From assembly GCA_017134395.1 (NCBI GenBank), contig CP070993.1, forward strand, positions 189,656 to 253,655: a DNA stretch of 64,000 nt, read 5' to 3'. The stretch comes from Candidatus Kaiserbacteria bacterium. GTDB lineage: Bacteria; Patescibacteriota; Minisyncoccia; Phycocordibacterales; UBA2100. Positions 47,422-57,845 of the stretch are shown here, piece by piece. Each line of letters starts with the position of its first letter. Position 1 is the stretch's first letter. The notes beneath the pieces are model-generated. The model saw only the letters and a program-made list of their open reading frames with translations, was not told where the DNA came from and did no database searches. The translations under genes and the position numbers were made by a program.

Positions 47422-48891
47422 ATGGCTATAAACAATATGCAGATAAAGCCAATTCTTTTTTATAATACTCTATCGAGAGAAACTGAGACTTTTAAAAGCC
47501 TTAAGGAAGGTAAGGTTCGACTGTATAGCTGTGGGCCAACTGTTTACGACCGCGGGCATATTGGCAACATGCGCTCGTATGTACTATCTGACATTATTCG
47601 ACGGACGCTTGAATACAACGGGTACGAGGTACAGCAGGTTATAAATATAACTGACGTTGGACATTTGACTGGTGATAATGAAGGGGACGCAGATACTGGT
47701 GAAGACCGTCTGGAAAAAGCAGCGGCCAACTTAGGTGAGTCAGCACAAGATATTGCGAAGAAATATACTGAACTCTTTTTCACAGACATACAACGTCTTA
47801 ACATTGATACCGAAAAAGTAGAATTCCCTCGTGCTACTGAATACATCAACGAGCAGATAGCGATGATTCAGACGCTAGAAGATATTGGTTATGCATATAA
47901 AACATCTGATGGCATATATTACGACACATCCATGTTCAAAGACTACGGAAAATTAGGTGGTATCAATACTGGCGCATTAGAAGAAGGTGCTCGCGTCGAA
48001 GCAAACAAAGAGAAACGCAATCCGACAGATTTTGCATTATGGAAGTTTTCTAGCCCAGACCAACAACGACAACAAGAATGGGAGTCACCATGGGGTATTG
48101 GTTTTCCTGGTTGGCATATTGAATGTTCTGCAATGAGCCGTGCTCTTCTTGGGCGTCAAATTGATATACACACTGGAGGAATCGACCACATCCCTGTTCA
48201 TCACAACAATGAAATTGCCCAAAGCGAAGTAGTGAATAAAAAGAAATTTGTTAATTACTGGTTACATAATGCATTTATAAATGTAGAAGGCCGGCGCATG
48301 GGTAAGTCAATCGGAAACCTTATAAGTCTCGACCAGGTTATCGACCGTGGCTTCTCTCCCCTTTCATACCGATACTGGCTTCTTACCGCACACTACAGAA
48401 CTCCTGCAAACTTCACGTGGGATGCGCTTGAGGGCTCACACACAGCGCTAAAGAAACTGCACAGATATTTTGTAGATGAACTGAATGTTGCACTCGGTGT
48501 TGTAGATTCAAAATACAAAGAACAATTCCATACATTTATAAATTCAGATTTAGATACACCAAAGGCCATCGCCTTGGTATGGGAGCTTGTTAAAGATGAT
48601 TCTGTCTCGGTGGAAGACAAACGCGCGACACTTCTAGACTTCGATACCGTTCTTGGCCTTGGGTTAAATGAATCTGATGAGTCAATGGTAAAACTTCTAC
48701 ATGGCGGTGGTCAAAAACTCTCTGTTTCAGATATCCCTACAAACGTAAAAGTAATCATAGACGAGCGTGAACACGCACGAGAACAAAAGGATTTCAAAAA
48801 AGCTGATGAACTGCGAGAGCAATTGGATGCAGAGGGGTATGAAATAGAAGATACTGATGAGGGACCAAAACTATCAAAAAAAGAGGCGTAG
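47422..48891 (+). CDS. cysS: cysteinyl-tRNA synthetase (the start may instead be ATG 47437)
   Basis: LYSCGPTVYDRGHIGNMRSYV HIGH region, a KMSKS-like RMGKSIGN, and the zinc ligand context CGPT. Confidence 0.9.
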   Translation: MAINNMQIKPILFYNTLSRETETFKSLKEGKVRLYSCGPTVYDRGHIGNMRSYVLSDIIRRTLEYNGYEVQQVINITDVGHLTGDNEGDADTGEDRLEKAAANLGESAQDIAKKYTELFFTDIQRLNIDTEKVEFPRATEYINEQIAMIQTLEDIGYAYKTSDGIYYDTSMFKDYGKLGGINTGALEEGARVEANKEKRNPTDFALWKFSSPDQQRQQEWESPWGIGFPGWHIECSAMSRALLGRQIDIHTGGIDHIPVHHNNEIAQSEVVNKKKFVNYWLHNAFINVEGRRMGKSIGNLISLDQVIDRGFSPLSYRYWLLTAHYRTPANFTWDALEGSHTALKKLHRYFVDELNVALGVVDSKYKEQFHTFINSDLDTPKAIALVWELVKDDSVSVEDKRATLLDFDTVLGLGLNESDESMVKLLHGGGQKLSVSDIPTNVKVIIDEREHAREQKDFKKADELREQLDAEGYEIEDTDEGPKLSKKEA

Positions 48892-48996
48892 ACATTCCCT
48901 TAACACAGCCTTATTTGAGTACTATCCACACGCGATTCACATACCCCCATGTCGTCAATAGTGGGGTCGGAAGATGGAACGTGCTAAAATCTCTGC

Positions 48997-50379
48997 ATGA
49001 CTGAGACTCGTATACCACCACAAGATCTAGAATCCGAACGCGCTCTTCTTGGTGCGATAATGCTCAAGCCAAATGCTATGTACGACATGTCAGACATGGT
49101 TGTACCTGATTCTTTCTATGCAGCAAAACACGGAATTATATTTGAGGGAATGCTCGCACTCTTTAACAAAGGTGAACCTATCGATCTCGTTACCCTATCT
49201 GGAAACCTTGAGTCACAAAAGAAACTTGAACAAATTGGTGGTCGCGGATACCTATCAGAACTTGCAGGAGCAGCACCAGCTGCAACAAACGCACTGCACT
49301 ATGCTCAAGCTGTAAAAGCAAAACACATTCACCGCGAACTGATTACCGCAGCGGACTATATTGGAGAACTCGGGTACAAAGAAGATGGTGAAATAGACAA
49401 GCTTCTAGACGAAGCACAATCTACAATTTTTCAGATTGCGAATACTTCTACGCTACAAAAATTTGTTTCAATTGGTGAAGAGTTGAAAGATGCATGGAAA
49501 CGACTGGAGTCACTCCAAGAAAATAAAGATGAAATTCGTGGTATCCACACTGGCTTCAAAGATTTAGATAACTTACTTGCTGGATTTCAGAAGTCAGACC
49601 TCATTATTTTAGCCGCTCGCCCTTCTATGGGTAAGACATCTTTGGCGCTAGATATCGCCCGACAAACTGCCATCAAGCATGGCAATTCAGTCGGTTTCTT
49701 CTCATTGGAAATGTCCGCGCAGCAGCTAACTGACCGAATGCTTGCATCAGAATCTAACGTAAATGGTTGGCGTTTGCGTACAGGCAATTTATCGTCTGAC
49801 GAAGAATACGACCGTCTTCGTAATGGTATGGATCGCCTCTCTTCGGCACCAATTTATATTGACGACAAGTCAGAACGTACCGTGTTACAAATGCGTTCAA
49901 TAGCACGACGTCTTAAAGCGGAAAAAGGTCTTTCGTTAATTGTTGTTGATTACCTACAACTTATTGTTCCTGGTGCAACTCGCCAAAGTGATTCTATGGT
50001 GCAACAGGTAACTGAAATATCCCGTTCTCTTAAGGGGATGGCTCGTGAACTTGATGTGCCAGTTCTTGCCCTCTCACAACTTTCTCGTGCTGTAGAACAA
50101 CGCCGTGATCACCCACGTCTTTCTGACCTTCGTGACTCAGGTTCTATTGAGCAAGATGCCGATGTGGTGATGTTTATTCACCGCGATGACAAAATGAACG
50201 ATAACTCAGACCGCCCTAACATTGCTGATATTATGGTTGAAAAGCACCGAAACGGTCCCGTAGGACGTATTGAGCTCTACTTCAACGATGAACAAGCAAC
50301 GTTCAACACAATCGAAAAAAATGACTTTGGAGATTTTGCTGAAAGTAATGACACTAATAATCAGAACGATGAATTCTAG
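48997..50379 (+). CDS. dnaB: replicative DNA helicase DnaB (no intein)
   Basis: N-terminal DnaB domain (PPQDLESERALLGAIML), Walker A (ARPSMGKTSLAL) and the RecA-like DnaB C-terminal motifs. Confidence 0.92.
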   Translation: MTETRIPPQDLESERALLGAIMLKPNAMYDMSDMVVPDSFYAAKHGIIFEGMLALFNKGEPIDLVTLSGNLESQKKLEQIGGRGYLSELAGAAPAATNALHYAQAVKAKHIHRELITAADYIGELGYKEDGEIDKLLDEAQSTIFQIANTSTLQKFVSIGEELKDAWKRLESLQENKDEIRGIHTGFKDLDNLLAGFQKSDLIILAARPSMGKTSLALDIARQTAIKHGNSVGFFSLEMSAQQLTDRMLASESNVNGWRLRTGNLSSDEEYDRLRNGMDRLSSAPIYIDDKSERTVLQMRSIARRLKAEKGLSLIVVDYLQLIVPGATRQSDSMVQQVTEISRSLKGMARELDVPVLALSQLSRAVEQRRDHPRLSDLRDSGSIEQDADVVMFIHRDDKMNDNSDRPNIADIMVEKHRNGPVGRIELYFNDEQATFNTIEKNDFGDFAESNDTNNQNDEF

Positions 50380-50390
50380 GATGTTTTAGT

Positions 50391-50996
50391 ATGAACGATC
50401 TCGATACACTCACAGAACTATTTACCCAATTCCCTGGTATAGGCCCGAGACAAGCGCGGCGGTTTGTTTTTTTCTTACTGCGCCAGAATGAGGGATACCG
50501 CAATACATTTATACGAGCTATTCAAAATACTGCCGCACAGGTAAAACAATGTTCTCGCTGTCTACGATATGCGCAGCTACACGTTAAGACCCCAATATGC
50601 GACCTGTGTGCTGATTCAAGCCGTGCCGATGATCTACTCATGCTTGTTGAGAAAGATACCGATGTTGAGCAAATGGAGAAAAGTGGTGCGTACACTGGAC
50701 GATACTTTGTTCTTGGTGGAACATTTTCACTAACTGGCAAAAAGAGCTACATACGTGAAAAAGAACTTACTGCTTTTTTAAAGAAACATGGGTTTGGACT
50801 TACAGAAATAATTCTCGCCCTTTCTGCAACGCCTGATGGAGAGTACACAACCGACTATCTCACTACTAAATTTAAAGAAGACCCTGAACTAACTGGGGCA
50901 ACGGTAACTGTTCTTGGACGTGGCCTTTCAACTGGTTCTGAGCTTGAATATGCTGATGCTGCTACTTTGAAGCAGGCGTTGAAAAACAGAGTCTAA
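50391..50996 (+). CDS. recR: recombination protein RecR
   Basis: HhH (FPGIGPRQARRFVFFLL), C4 zinc finger (CSRC...CDLC) and a Toprim domain. Confidence 0.9.
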   Translation: MNDLDTLTELFTQFPGIGPRQARRFVFFLLRQNEGYRNTFIRAIQNTAAQVKQCSRCLRYAQLHVKTPICDLCADSSRADDLLMLVEKDTDVEQMEKSGAYTGRYFVLGGTFSLTGKKSYIREKELTAFLKKHGFGLTEIILALSATPDGEYTTDYLTTKFKEDPELTGATVTVLGRGLSTGSELEYADAATLKQALKNRV

Positions 50997-51027
50997 AAAG
51001 CGCTGCCAGAGGCAGCGCTTTTTTTAT
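50997..51027. terminator. bidirectional rho-independent terminator between recR (+) and rplU (-)
   Basis: GCGCTGCC-AGA-GGCAGCGC hairpin with a 5-prime A-run and a 3-prime T-run. Confidence 0.8.
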
Positions 51028-51047
51028 ATACAAGTAATTTATTTTGG

Positions 51048-51482
51048 TTACCCTATCTTTGTGATCTTTACGCGGGTATACGGTTGTCGATGTCCTCGGT
51101 TCTTGAAGTAGCGACTCTTTGAACGGAAGCGAATAACAGATATTTTTCTCTCTCGTGCGTTCTCAACAAATTCAGCAGTTACCTTCGCACCTGAAACAGT
51201 TGGCTCTCCTACCTTGGTTGTTTTGCCGTCATCTACAAGAAGTACTTCAGTAAACTCAATCTTTGCCCCTTCTTTGTGCTCGCCATCTAATTTTTCAACA
51301 TTAAGCGCATCTCCTTCACGAACAATATATTGCTTACCTCCAGTTGCAATCACTGCAAAAGAGCTAGACTTTTTTGCAGCCTCTTTCTTAGGTGTAGCTT
51401 TCTTAGCTGCTACTTTCTTAGCAGCACTCTTGGGTGTTGCCTTTTTTTCGTCTTCTTTCTTTGTAACCTTCTTTTCAGCCAT
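51048..51482 (-). CDS. rplU: 50S ribosomal protein L21 with a roughly 45-aa Lys/Ala-rich N-terminal extension
   Basis: L21 core (FAVIATGGKQYIVREGD...ISVIRFRSKSRYFKNRGHRQPYTRVKIT) preceded by AKKVAAKKATPKKEAAKK repeats. Confidence 0.9.
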   Translation of the reverse strand: MAEKKVTKKEDEKKATPKSAAKKVAAKKATPKKEAAKKSSSFAVIATGGKQYIVREGDALNVEKLDGEHKEGAKIEFTEVLLVDDGKTTKVGEPTVSGAKVTAEFVENARERKISVIRFRSKSRYFKNRGHRQPYTRVKITKIG

Positions 51483-51556
51483 AGTGGCGCAATATTACCA
51501 GAAGGGTTCAAAAAAGCAACGGGTACGGGCTATTTCTTAGAATGATTAGAACCCCA

Positions 51557-52627
51557 CTAGTCTTCTCTGTTTGGTTTTTCGATGCTTTCTATCTCAATCC
51601 CAGGCGCTGTACCGGTTATACGAAGAACGTCTTTATCTACCTTACCAAGCTCCTTATACCCCGCATTATAGTGGTTTACCGTAGTAGAAAGTGAGTTGCC
51701 GAGCTTTTCGTAATAGTCATCATACTTTTCGATATGCTTTCCGAGCTTGCTCACGTTTTTGATGATATCTTTTGCTTTCTCTTCTATATCCATCGCCTTG
51801 AGACCTTGCAATACTGTCTGCAAATACGCTAAAAATGACGTAGGAGACACAATGATGACCTTATGTGTTCCCGCGGCGCGTTGTATTAAACTTTCATCCC
51901 CTGTCCCAACTTTGTTGGATAGTAATTCGTAGTAAATTCCCTCAGACGGAATAAACATAAAAGCAAATTCTGTCGTCCCTTCTTCTGGGCGAATATATTT
52001 TGAAGTTTCTGTAATACGAAGTTTGAGGTCGTTCACAAATGCCTTTTCAAACTGCACTCGCTCTGTTTCGTCCTTTGCCTCAACCATTCTATTGTAATTC
52101 TCAAGAGAGAATTTTGAATCAATCGGAACTACTTTGTCCTTTACGAATACAACAGCATCTACAATCTCTTTATCCGGAAAGCTATACTGCATTCTAAAAC
52201 TATCAGGAGGAAGAACATTCTGTAATACTGACTCTAAATAATACTCGCCCAAGATTCCTCGCTGTTTCGGATTCTTCAAAACATCCTGTAGTTGCCGCAA
52301 TTGCTCGGTAAAAGACACTACTTGTTTATTAGTTTCTTCCAGACGGGTAAGTTTCTCAGTAACGTCCCCTACTACTTTCTGCGAACTCCGAAGCTGCTCA
52401 CGCATACTTTCGTTTATGTCTCGTGTACTGTCCCCTATTTTTCGGTCAAACAAATCACGGAGGCCATGAATCTCTTTCTGCAAAAAATCAACCCCATTAT
52501 CAGGCTTGGTATTTTTAGTGCTCCGTATGAAGTACCACAGAACAAGCGCGTTGCTTGCAACAATTATAACGGCGAGGCCAATGAGTACCATTGTTACAGA
52601 AGTCATGATGCTAGTATACCAAAACAA
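51557..52627 (-). CDS. rmuC: DNA recombination protein RmuC
   Basis: N-terminal TM helix, long coiled-coil, and an RmuC C-terminal domain (FAFMFIPSEGIYYELL). Confidence 0.75.
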   Translation of the reverse strand: MFWYTSIMTSVTMVLIGLAVIIVASNALVLWYFIRSTKNTKPDNGVDFLQKEIHGLRDLFDRKIGDSTRDINESMREQLRSSQKVVGDVTEKLTRLEETNKQVVSFTEQLRQLQDVLKNPKQRGILGEYYLESVLQNVLPPDSFRMQYSFPDKEIVDAVVFVKDKVVPIDSKFSLENYNRMVEAKDETERVQFEKAFVNDLKLRITETSKYIRPEEGTTEFAFMFIPSEGIYYELLSNKVGTGDESLIQRAAGTHKVIIVSPTSFLAYLQTVLQGLKAMDIEEKAKDIIKNVSKLGKHIEKYDDYYEKLGNSLSTTVNHYNAGYKELGKVDKDVLRITGTAPGIEIESIEKPNRED

Positions 52628-52648
52628 TACTCTTTCCCTATATGCGTA

Positions 52649-55318
52649 TTAACGCCGTGACTTCTTTTCTTTAAATATAAAATGTTTTGCAATTTCTACA
52701 CCAATTAAACTTGCAAAGCCTAAGCTAAACAAAACGGCTAATTCTTGGAGAGATAGCGGCCGTAATGAGAGTAATTGCTGCATTGGTGTCACCGAGATGA
52801 CGAACAAAAGAAGTGTTGAGTTTATCGCAAATGCTCCTAATAAAAACTTGTTTGAGAAAAAATTGATGCGCCAAAATGGTTGAGAAAGATCACGAAATGC
52901 AAACGCAAAGAGAATAGAATCTATTGAAAGCATGATGAATATGATGGTTCTGATTTTGTCGATGTGCACTCCTACAGATAAGAGAATGAAAAAGAGCCCA
53001 AGGAGCGTCACACCGGTGATTATACTGACGGAAAAAATAAACCAACGGGCTTGTTTTGTGAGAATACTCCGTACACCTCGCTTCCCTGGCTTTTGTTTCA
53101 TTGCACCTTTCTCCTTTGGTTCAAAGGCTAACGGGAAACTCATGAATCCTTCTCCGATAATATTCGCCCAAAGAATTTGTGTTGGAAGTAATGGCAGTGG
53201 AGCGCCAGCTGCGAGTGAGCCTCCTATTACTATAATTTCACTGAAGCTCGTCGAAAGAAGGGACGCTACAATTTTTCGTAAATTTGCAGTAATTCGCCTT
53301 CCCTCACCAATAGCAGCGGTTATCACAGAGAAACTATTGTCGATAAGAATAAGATCGGCTGCCGCTTTGGCAACGTCTGTTCCGCTCCCTACGGCAATAC
53401 CAATGTCTGCTGCGGCAAGCGCTGGTGCGTCATTTACGCCGTCTCCTGTCATAGCTACTACCTCTTTTGCATTTCGAAGTAACCGCGCAACACGCAATTT
53501 CTGCTCAGGTAGGACTCGGGCAATTATCTTGTGTGAATTGAGTGCTTTTAATAATTGTTTATCGTCCATCTCACTTATCATGACGCCAGTGAGCACAGGG
53601 GCGTCAGTACGTGTATCGATTCCAACTTCCCTTGCAATAGCACGAGCTGTCTCTGGATAGTCTCCTGTTGCCATAATAACCCTTGTTCCTGCACTCTTTG
53701 CCTCCTTAATAGCTTGCGCAACATCTGGCCTTACTGCGTCACGAAATGCCAATAATCCAACAAATACAAACTGATGTTTTTTTGATGGCTTAAGGACTTC
53801 ATCGGGAACTGTATCACTCGCTGTTTTTATATACGCAATCGCAGTAAAGCGCATACCCTCAGAAGAAATCTTTTTTTGTATTTCTGAGAATTTCTTTCGT
53901 GTCACTTCATCCATTTTGCGCTCTCGCCCGTTTAGGAAATATTTATCTGAGTTAGCGAGGAGGTGCTCAGGCGAACCCGACAAATACACTCTATTACCCT
54001 TTTGAGGGCAATTATTTAGCGATATAGCATATCGACGTGACGATTCGAATTGGACAAAATCAATACGTTCAAATCCATTCAAAAATAAATCAGCCTGAGA
54101 CAATCCCGCTTCTAAACCACCTTCCATTATTGCCTTCTCAATAGGCCTGCCTCTGACAAGTAATTTCCCTGCCTCTTCTGGATCCTCCTCAACAAATGCA
54201 TCGGATGAGAGAACAGCCATTCGTAATAATTCTTTATTATCGGAAATTGCCGCAGTTTCATTTTGCTCTATCCCAGAAAAAGTATAGAGACCACTCAAAA
54301 TCATTCTTCCTTGCGTGAGCGTTCCTGTTTTGTCTGTCAAAATAACGGTGGTTGAGCCAAGGGTTTCCGCTGCGAGCAGATTCTTTACCAATCCACCTTT
54401 TCGCAGTACTGCTTCCATACCGATAGCGAGCACGACAGTAACTGCAGCAGGAAGACCTTCGGGCATCGCGGCAACCGCTACCGCTATAGCAAGAAGAAGC
54501 ATTGATGATATAGGTTCACCTCGCAACAATCCAAGGGCGAGAATGATGACGAGTGCAAAACCTACCATCCCCATTAAAAATCGAGCAATTTTCTGAATAT
54601 TCTTTTGCAATGGAGTCAGTGAATCCATTGCATCATGAGTACTTTTTGCTATCTCACCAAATCGAGCACTCTCGCCTGTCGCAACCACAATCCCTGTCGC
54701 ACTTCCTTCTGCAACAAGTGTACCCATCCATGCAATGTTTCTTTGTTCAGATGGCGGGAGCGCACGCCCAAGAGAAGTGTGTAACTTTTCAACAGGAAGC
54801 CACTCCCCTGTTAGAGCAGCTTCATTCACCGCAAAATTCTTAACCTCAAGTAAACGTATGTCTGCAGGTATCATCGTACCTCCTTGTAAAAACACTATGT
54901 CGCCAGGAACTAAAGACTCTGCAGCAACCACTTGCTGCTTCCCCATACGTAATACTGTTGCGTACTTTTCTTGAGATTTCTCTAACGCTTCAAATACGCG
55001 AGCTGCCTTACCTTCCTGTAGTACTCCAACAACGACATTAATGATTACCGCTACAATAATAACTGTCGTGTCTAAATAGGCACCTAAAAAGATAGTTGCA
55101 GCACCCGCTGCTAACAAGACGAGCGAAAGCGGACTTCGCAACTGCTTCAGTACTGCATCAATGAGATAGAACCCTTGGTCTTTGGGAAGTGCGTTTGGAC
55201 CATATTGCTTTTGTCCTTTCTCTAATTGTTTTTGAGTAAGTCCATAGTCTTTGTCTGTTCCAAATAGTGCCAGGACCTTATCTCCTGTAAAACTGTGCCA
55301 CGCTTTAGAATGTTGCAT
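52649..55318 (-). CDS. P-type cation-transporting ATPase (P2-type, Ca2+/Mg2+-like)
   Basis: TGES-type actuator, DKTGTLT phosphorylation site, TGDGVNDAPAL hinge, about 10 TM helices. 889 aa. Confidence 0.9.
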   Translation of the reverse strand: MQHSKAWHSFTGDKVLALFGTDKDYGLTQKQLEKGQKQYGPNALPKDQGFYLIDAVLKQLRSPLSLVLLAAGAATIFLGAYLDTTVIIVAVIINVVVGVLQEGKAARVFEALEKSQEKYATVLRMGKQQVVAAESLVPGDIVFLQGGTMIPADIRLLEVKNFAVNEAALTGEWLPVEKLHTSLGRALPPSEQRNIAWMGTLVAEGSATGIVVATGESARFGEIAKSTHDAMDSLTPLQKNIQKIARFLMGMVGFALVIILALGLLRGEPISSMLLLAIAVAVAAMPEGLPAAVTVVLAIGMEAVLRKGGLVKNLLAAETLGSTTVILTDKTGTLTQGRMILSGLYTFSGIEQNETAAISDNKELLRMAVLSSDAFVEEDPEEAGKLLVRGRPIEKAIMEGGLEAGLSQADLFLNGFERIDFVQFESSRRYAISLNNCPQKGNRVYLSGSPEHLLANSDKYFLNGRERKMDEVTRKKFSEIQKKISSEGMRFTAIAYIKTASDTVPDEVLKPSKKHQFVFVGLLAFRDAVRPDVAQAIKEAKSAGTRVIMATGDYPETARAIAREVGIDTRTDAPVLTGVMISEMDDKQLLKALNSHKIIARVLPEQKLRVARLLRNAKEVVAMTGDGVNDAPALAAADIGIAVGSGTDVAKAAADLILIDNSFSVITAAIGEGRRITANLRKIVASLLSTSFSEIIVIGGSLAAGAPLPLLPTQILWANIIGEGFMSFPLAFEPKEKGAMKQKPGKRGVRSILTKQARWFIFSVSIITGVTLLGLFFILLSVGVHIDKIRTIIFIMLSIDSILFAFAFRDLSQPFWRINFFSNKFLLGAFAINSTLLLFVISVTPMQQLLSLRPLSLQELAVLFSLGFASLIGVEIAKHFIFKEKKSRR

Positions 55319-55372
55319 ATTGCTAGTATTGTACCATTCAACTCCTCCGTAAAATTGATATAATACACATAT

Positions 55373-55825
55373 ATGTTACATACCCAACTTAAAGAAGACA
55401 TGAAGACCGCACTAAAATCGAGAGAAGAACTTCGCCTCTCTACATTACGTGGTCTTTTGAGCGCACTTACAAATGAACTCGTTGCACAAAGAAGAAAGCC
55501 TGATGAACTACTCGAAGACGATGGGGTTCTCTCAGTGATAAAACGAGCAGTGAAACAGAGAAAGGATTCTATTGAACAATTTGATAAAGGTGGTCGCACT
55601 GACCTTGCCGATAAAGAGAGGAGTGAAATGGAAGTTCTCGAAGAGTATCTTCCTGCACAAATGTCGAGAGAAGATGTGGAGACAGCTGTCGTCCGCGTAC
55701 TCGAAACAATGCCTGATGCAGAGTTAAGTAAAGCGGGGATTGTTGTCGGTGCTGTTATGAAAGAACTACAAGGCAATGCAGATGGTACGGTGGTAAAAGA
55801 AGTTGTCACCGAAAAACTCTCATAA
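55373..55825 (+). CDS. GatB/YqeY domain-containing protein
   Basis: 150-aa protein matching the YqeY/GatB C-terminal domain pattern (ALKSREELRLSTLRGLLSAL...). Confidence 0.7.
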   Translation: MLHTQLKEDMKTALKSREELRLSTLRGLLSALTNELVAQRRKPDELLEDDGVLSVIKRAVKQRKDSIEQFDKGGRTDLADKERSEMEVLEEYLPAQMSREDVETAVVRVLETMPDAELSKAGIVVGAVMKELQGNADGTVVKEVVTEKLS

Positions 55826-55855
55826 TATCGACTGTAGTCACAGACGCACGTACAT

Positions 55856-55888
55856 ACCCACTTAGGACATCGGATGTCCTAAGTGGGT
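55856..55888. terminator. 15-bp perfect hairpin between convergent genes; terminator-like but with only a weak U-tract
   Basis: ACCCACTTAGGACAT-CGG-ATGTCCTAAGTGGGT. Confidence 0.45.
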
Positions 55889-55896
55889 ATATTGCT

Positions 55897-57102
55897 TTAG
55901 CGTATTTTCATCTTTGCATTAAGACCAAGCATAAACAAAGCAACGAAGGCTGCTATTACGAACGCGATACGCATATCTAAATAGAGTACAAGAACTGCCA
56001 TAAGGAGAAGCATGACAATGCGCCCAACAGAAAGTGCCATTTCTTTCAGTGCGGTGTATTCATCTACATATCTACCATTGTCCGCTGCCTGCTCATAGGT
56101 GGTAGCATCGAATGAAAGAGAGTTAACAGTTCGTCCAAAGTTGTGATAACTGTCAGCTGCAAAAACCTCAAACGGCGTCTGAACAAATATTTTTGTGACC
56201 CACCCTGTTGTCGCCATAATCACTCCAACCCACAGCATTCGTTTCTGACTCCAGGTGTCAAAAAGTTTGCCTACAAATGTCCGTAATGCAATAACAACCA
56301 CAACAGTGAGTGACGCAATGATACCCAGTACGGTAAATCGCTCGTCAAGTAGCGTGAAGATGTAAATTGGCCAAAAGAGAGTTATCGCCATGCCTTGTGC
56401 GCCATTTGCGAAATTTGCAATAAACAAAGATCGATTTCCATGGGCAAACAAATGTTGAAATGTTTCCATATATCCCCAACTATACCGTTCGTACGTGTGA
56501 CTCATAAACCACAACGGAATCATCGCAAAAACCATTATGAAAATGGAGAAAAGAAACACGGCATCAAACCCGGCAGATGAGATAATCAAACCACCAATCG
56601 TTGGTACTGCAATAAGTACGACACTCGCGGTGTTGCGCAATATAGCCAGTTGCCTTCCGCGCATTGATTTATCAAGGCCATTAGAAAAATCGACGTGATA
56701 AGGAACCCAGTAAAGTGCACGATACGCAGCAATAAATAAAATATACAGTACCGTTACATATTCTGGATTACGTGGGAACAAATAAAGTGCCACTATAGAA
56801 AGCACCGCGAATACAAGACCGAGCATTATCATTCGACGTGTTCCTATTATTCCGAGGAGTCTCGAACTTAATGGAGTCAATAAAAGATGCAGCCCGTAAA
56901 TGGACACAAAAATTGCAATAACCAATTGGAGATCATAATTGAACTCTCGAAAAAAAAAGATTGGAAGAAAAACCCCAAGTGCACCAAGAGAAATTCGCAT
57001 CAACGTGCGGCTTGCATACAGTGCCACGAGATCTCGTGAAAAGTGCGTTTTCTTATATAGTGCGTGCACTACTTTCTCTGCCTTATCTTGGAGTTCATCC
57101 AT
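55897..57102 (-). CDS. MFS family transporter
   Basis: About 12 predicted TM helices, an MFS-like loop motif, 401 aa. Confidence 0.65.
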   Translation of the reverse strand: MDELQDKAEKVVHALYKKTHFSRDLVALYASRTLMRISLGALGVFLPIFFFREFNYDLQLVIAIFVSIYGLHLLLTPLSSRLLGIIGTRRMIMLGLVFAVLSIVALYLFPRNPEYVTVLYILFIAAYRALYWVPYHVDFSNGLDKSMRGRQLAILRNTASVVLIAVPTIGGLIISSAGFDAVFLFSIFIMVFAMIPLWFMSHTYERYSWGYMETFQHLFAHGNRSLFIANFANGAQGMAITLFWPIYIFTLLDERFTVLGIIASLTVVVVIALRTFVGKLFDTWSQKRMLWVGVIMATTGWVTKIFVQTPFEVFAADSYHNFGRTVNSLSFDATTYEQAADNGRYVDEYTALKEMALSVGRIVMLLLMAVLVLYLDMRIAFVIAAFVALFMLGLNAKMKIR

Positions 57103-57149
57103 AGAAATTAATTATATAGCACTGCAGCGTAATATTTTGAGCAATACAC

Positions 57150-57181
57150 AATAACCCTTCGCGTAAGCGAAGGGTTATTTC
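57150..57181. terminator. hairpin downstream of the peroxiredoxin gene, AATAACCCTTCGC-GTAA-GCGAAGGGTTATT
   Basis: 13-bp perfect stem. The T-rich tract is only on the + side. Confidence 0.4.
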
Positions 57182-57198
57182 TGTTTAGAGGGCGGTTC

Positions 57199-57804
57199 TT
57201 AAATCTTTCCCACAAGATCTAAACCAGGTTCAAGCGTATCGTCTCCTGGATTCCAGTTTGACGGGCACACTTTCCCATCGTGTTCAGCAACAAATTTGGC
57301 CGCCTGAATCTTTCGCAACGTCTCTTGCACATTCCGTCCAATGTCATTGTCATGTATTTCAGCAACGCGAATAACGCCTTCTGGGTCGATAATAAATGTC
57401 CCACGAAGTGCTACACCCTCGTCAGCAACATGTACACCAAATGCGTGTGATAATTCATGTGTTGGGTCAGCTGCCATCGGGTACGTAATCTTGCTTATAG
57501 CGTCCGATGCATCGTGCCATGCCTTGTGTACGAAAATTGTGTCAGTTGATACCGAAATCACCTCAGCTCCTTCTGCTTGGAATTTTTCGTATAGTTTTGC
57601 AAGATCTTCAAGCTCTGTTGGGCACACAAACGTGAAGTCAGCGGGATAAAAGAAGAGGACAGTCCACTTACCGTGTAAGTCACTCATGCTCATCTTTTTT
57701 GTCTTTTCGTCTTGAAATACTTCAAATTCAAAGTTGGGTACAGAATCACCTACGGTCAGCGGTCCAAAAAGTTCAAATTCGTCATACGTGTCGTTTGGTT
57801 CCAT
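57199..57804 (-). CDS. peroxiredoxin (AhpC/TSA, typical 2-Cys)
   Basis: Peroxidatic FTFVCPTE motif and a resolving GKVCPSNW motif. Confidence 0.9.
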   Translation of the reverse strand: MEPNDTYDEFELFGPLTVGDSVPNFEFEVFQDEKTKKMSMSDLHGKWTVLFFYPADFTFVCPTELEDLAKLYEKFQAEGAEVISVSTDTIFVHKAWHDASDAISKITYPMAADPTHELSHAFGVHVADEGVALRGTFIIDPEGVIRVAEIHDNDIGRNVQETLRKIQAAKFVAEHDGKVCPSNWNPGDDTLEPGLDLVGKI

Positions 57805-57845
57805 AATATATTGTATCTAGTGAGTAACGGCTATATAGTAACATA

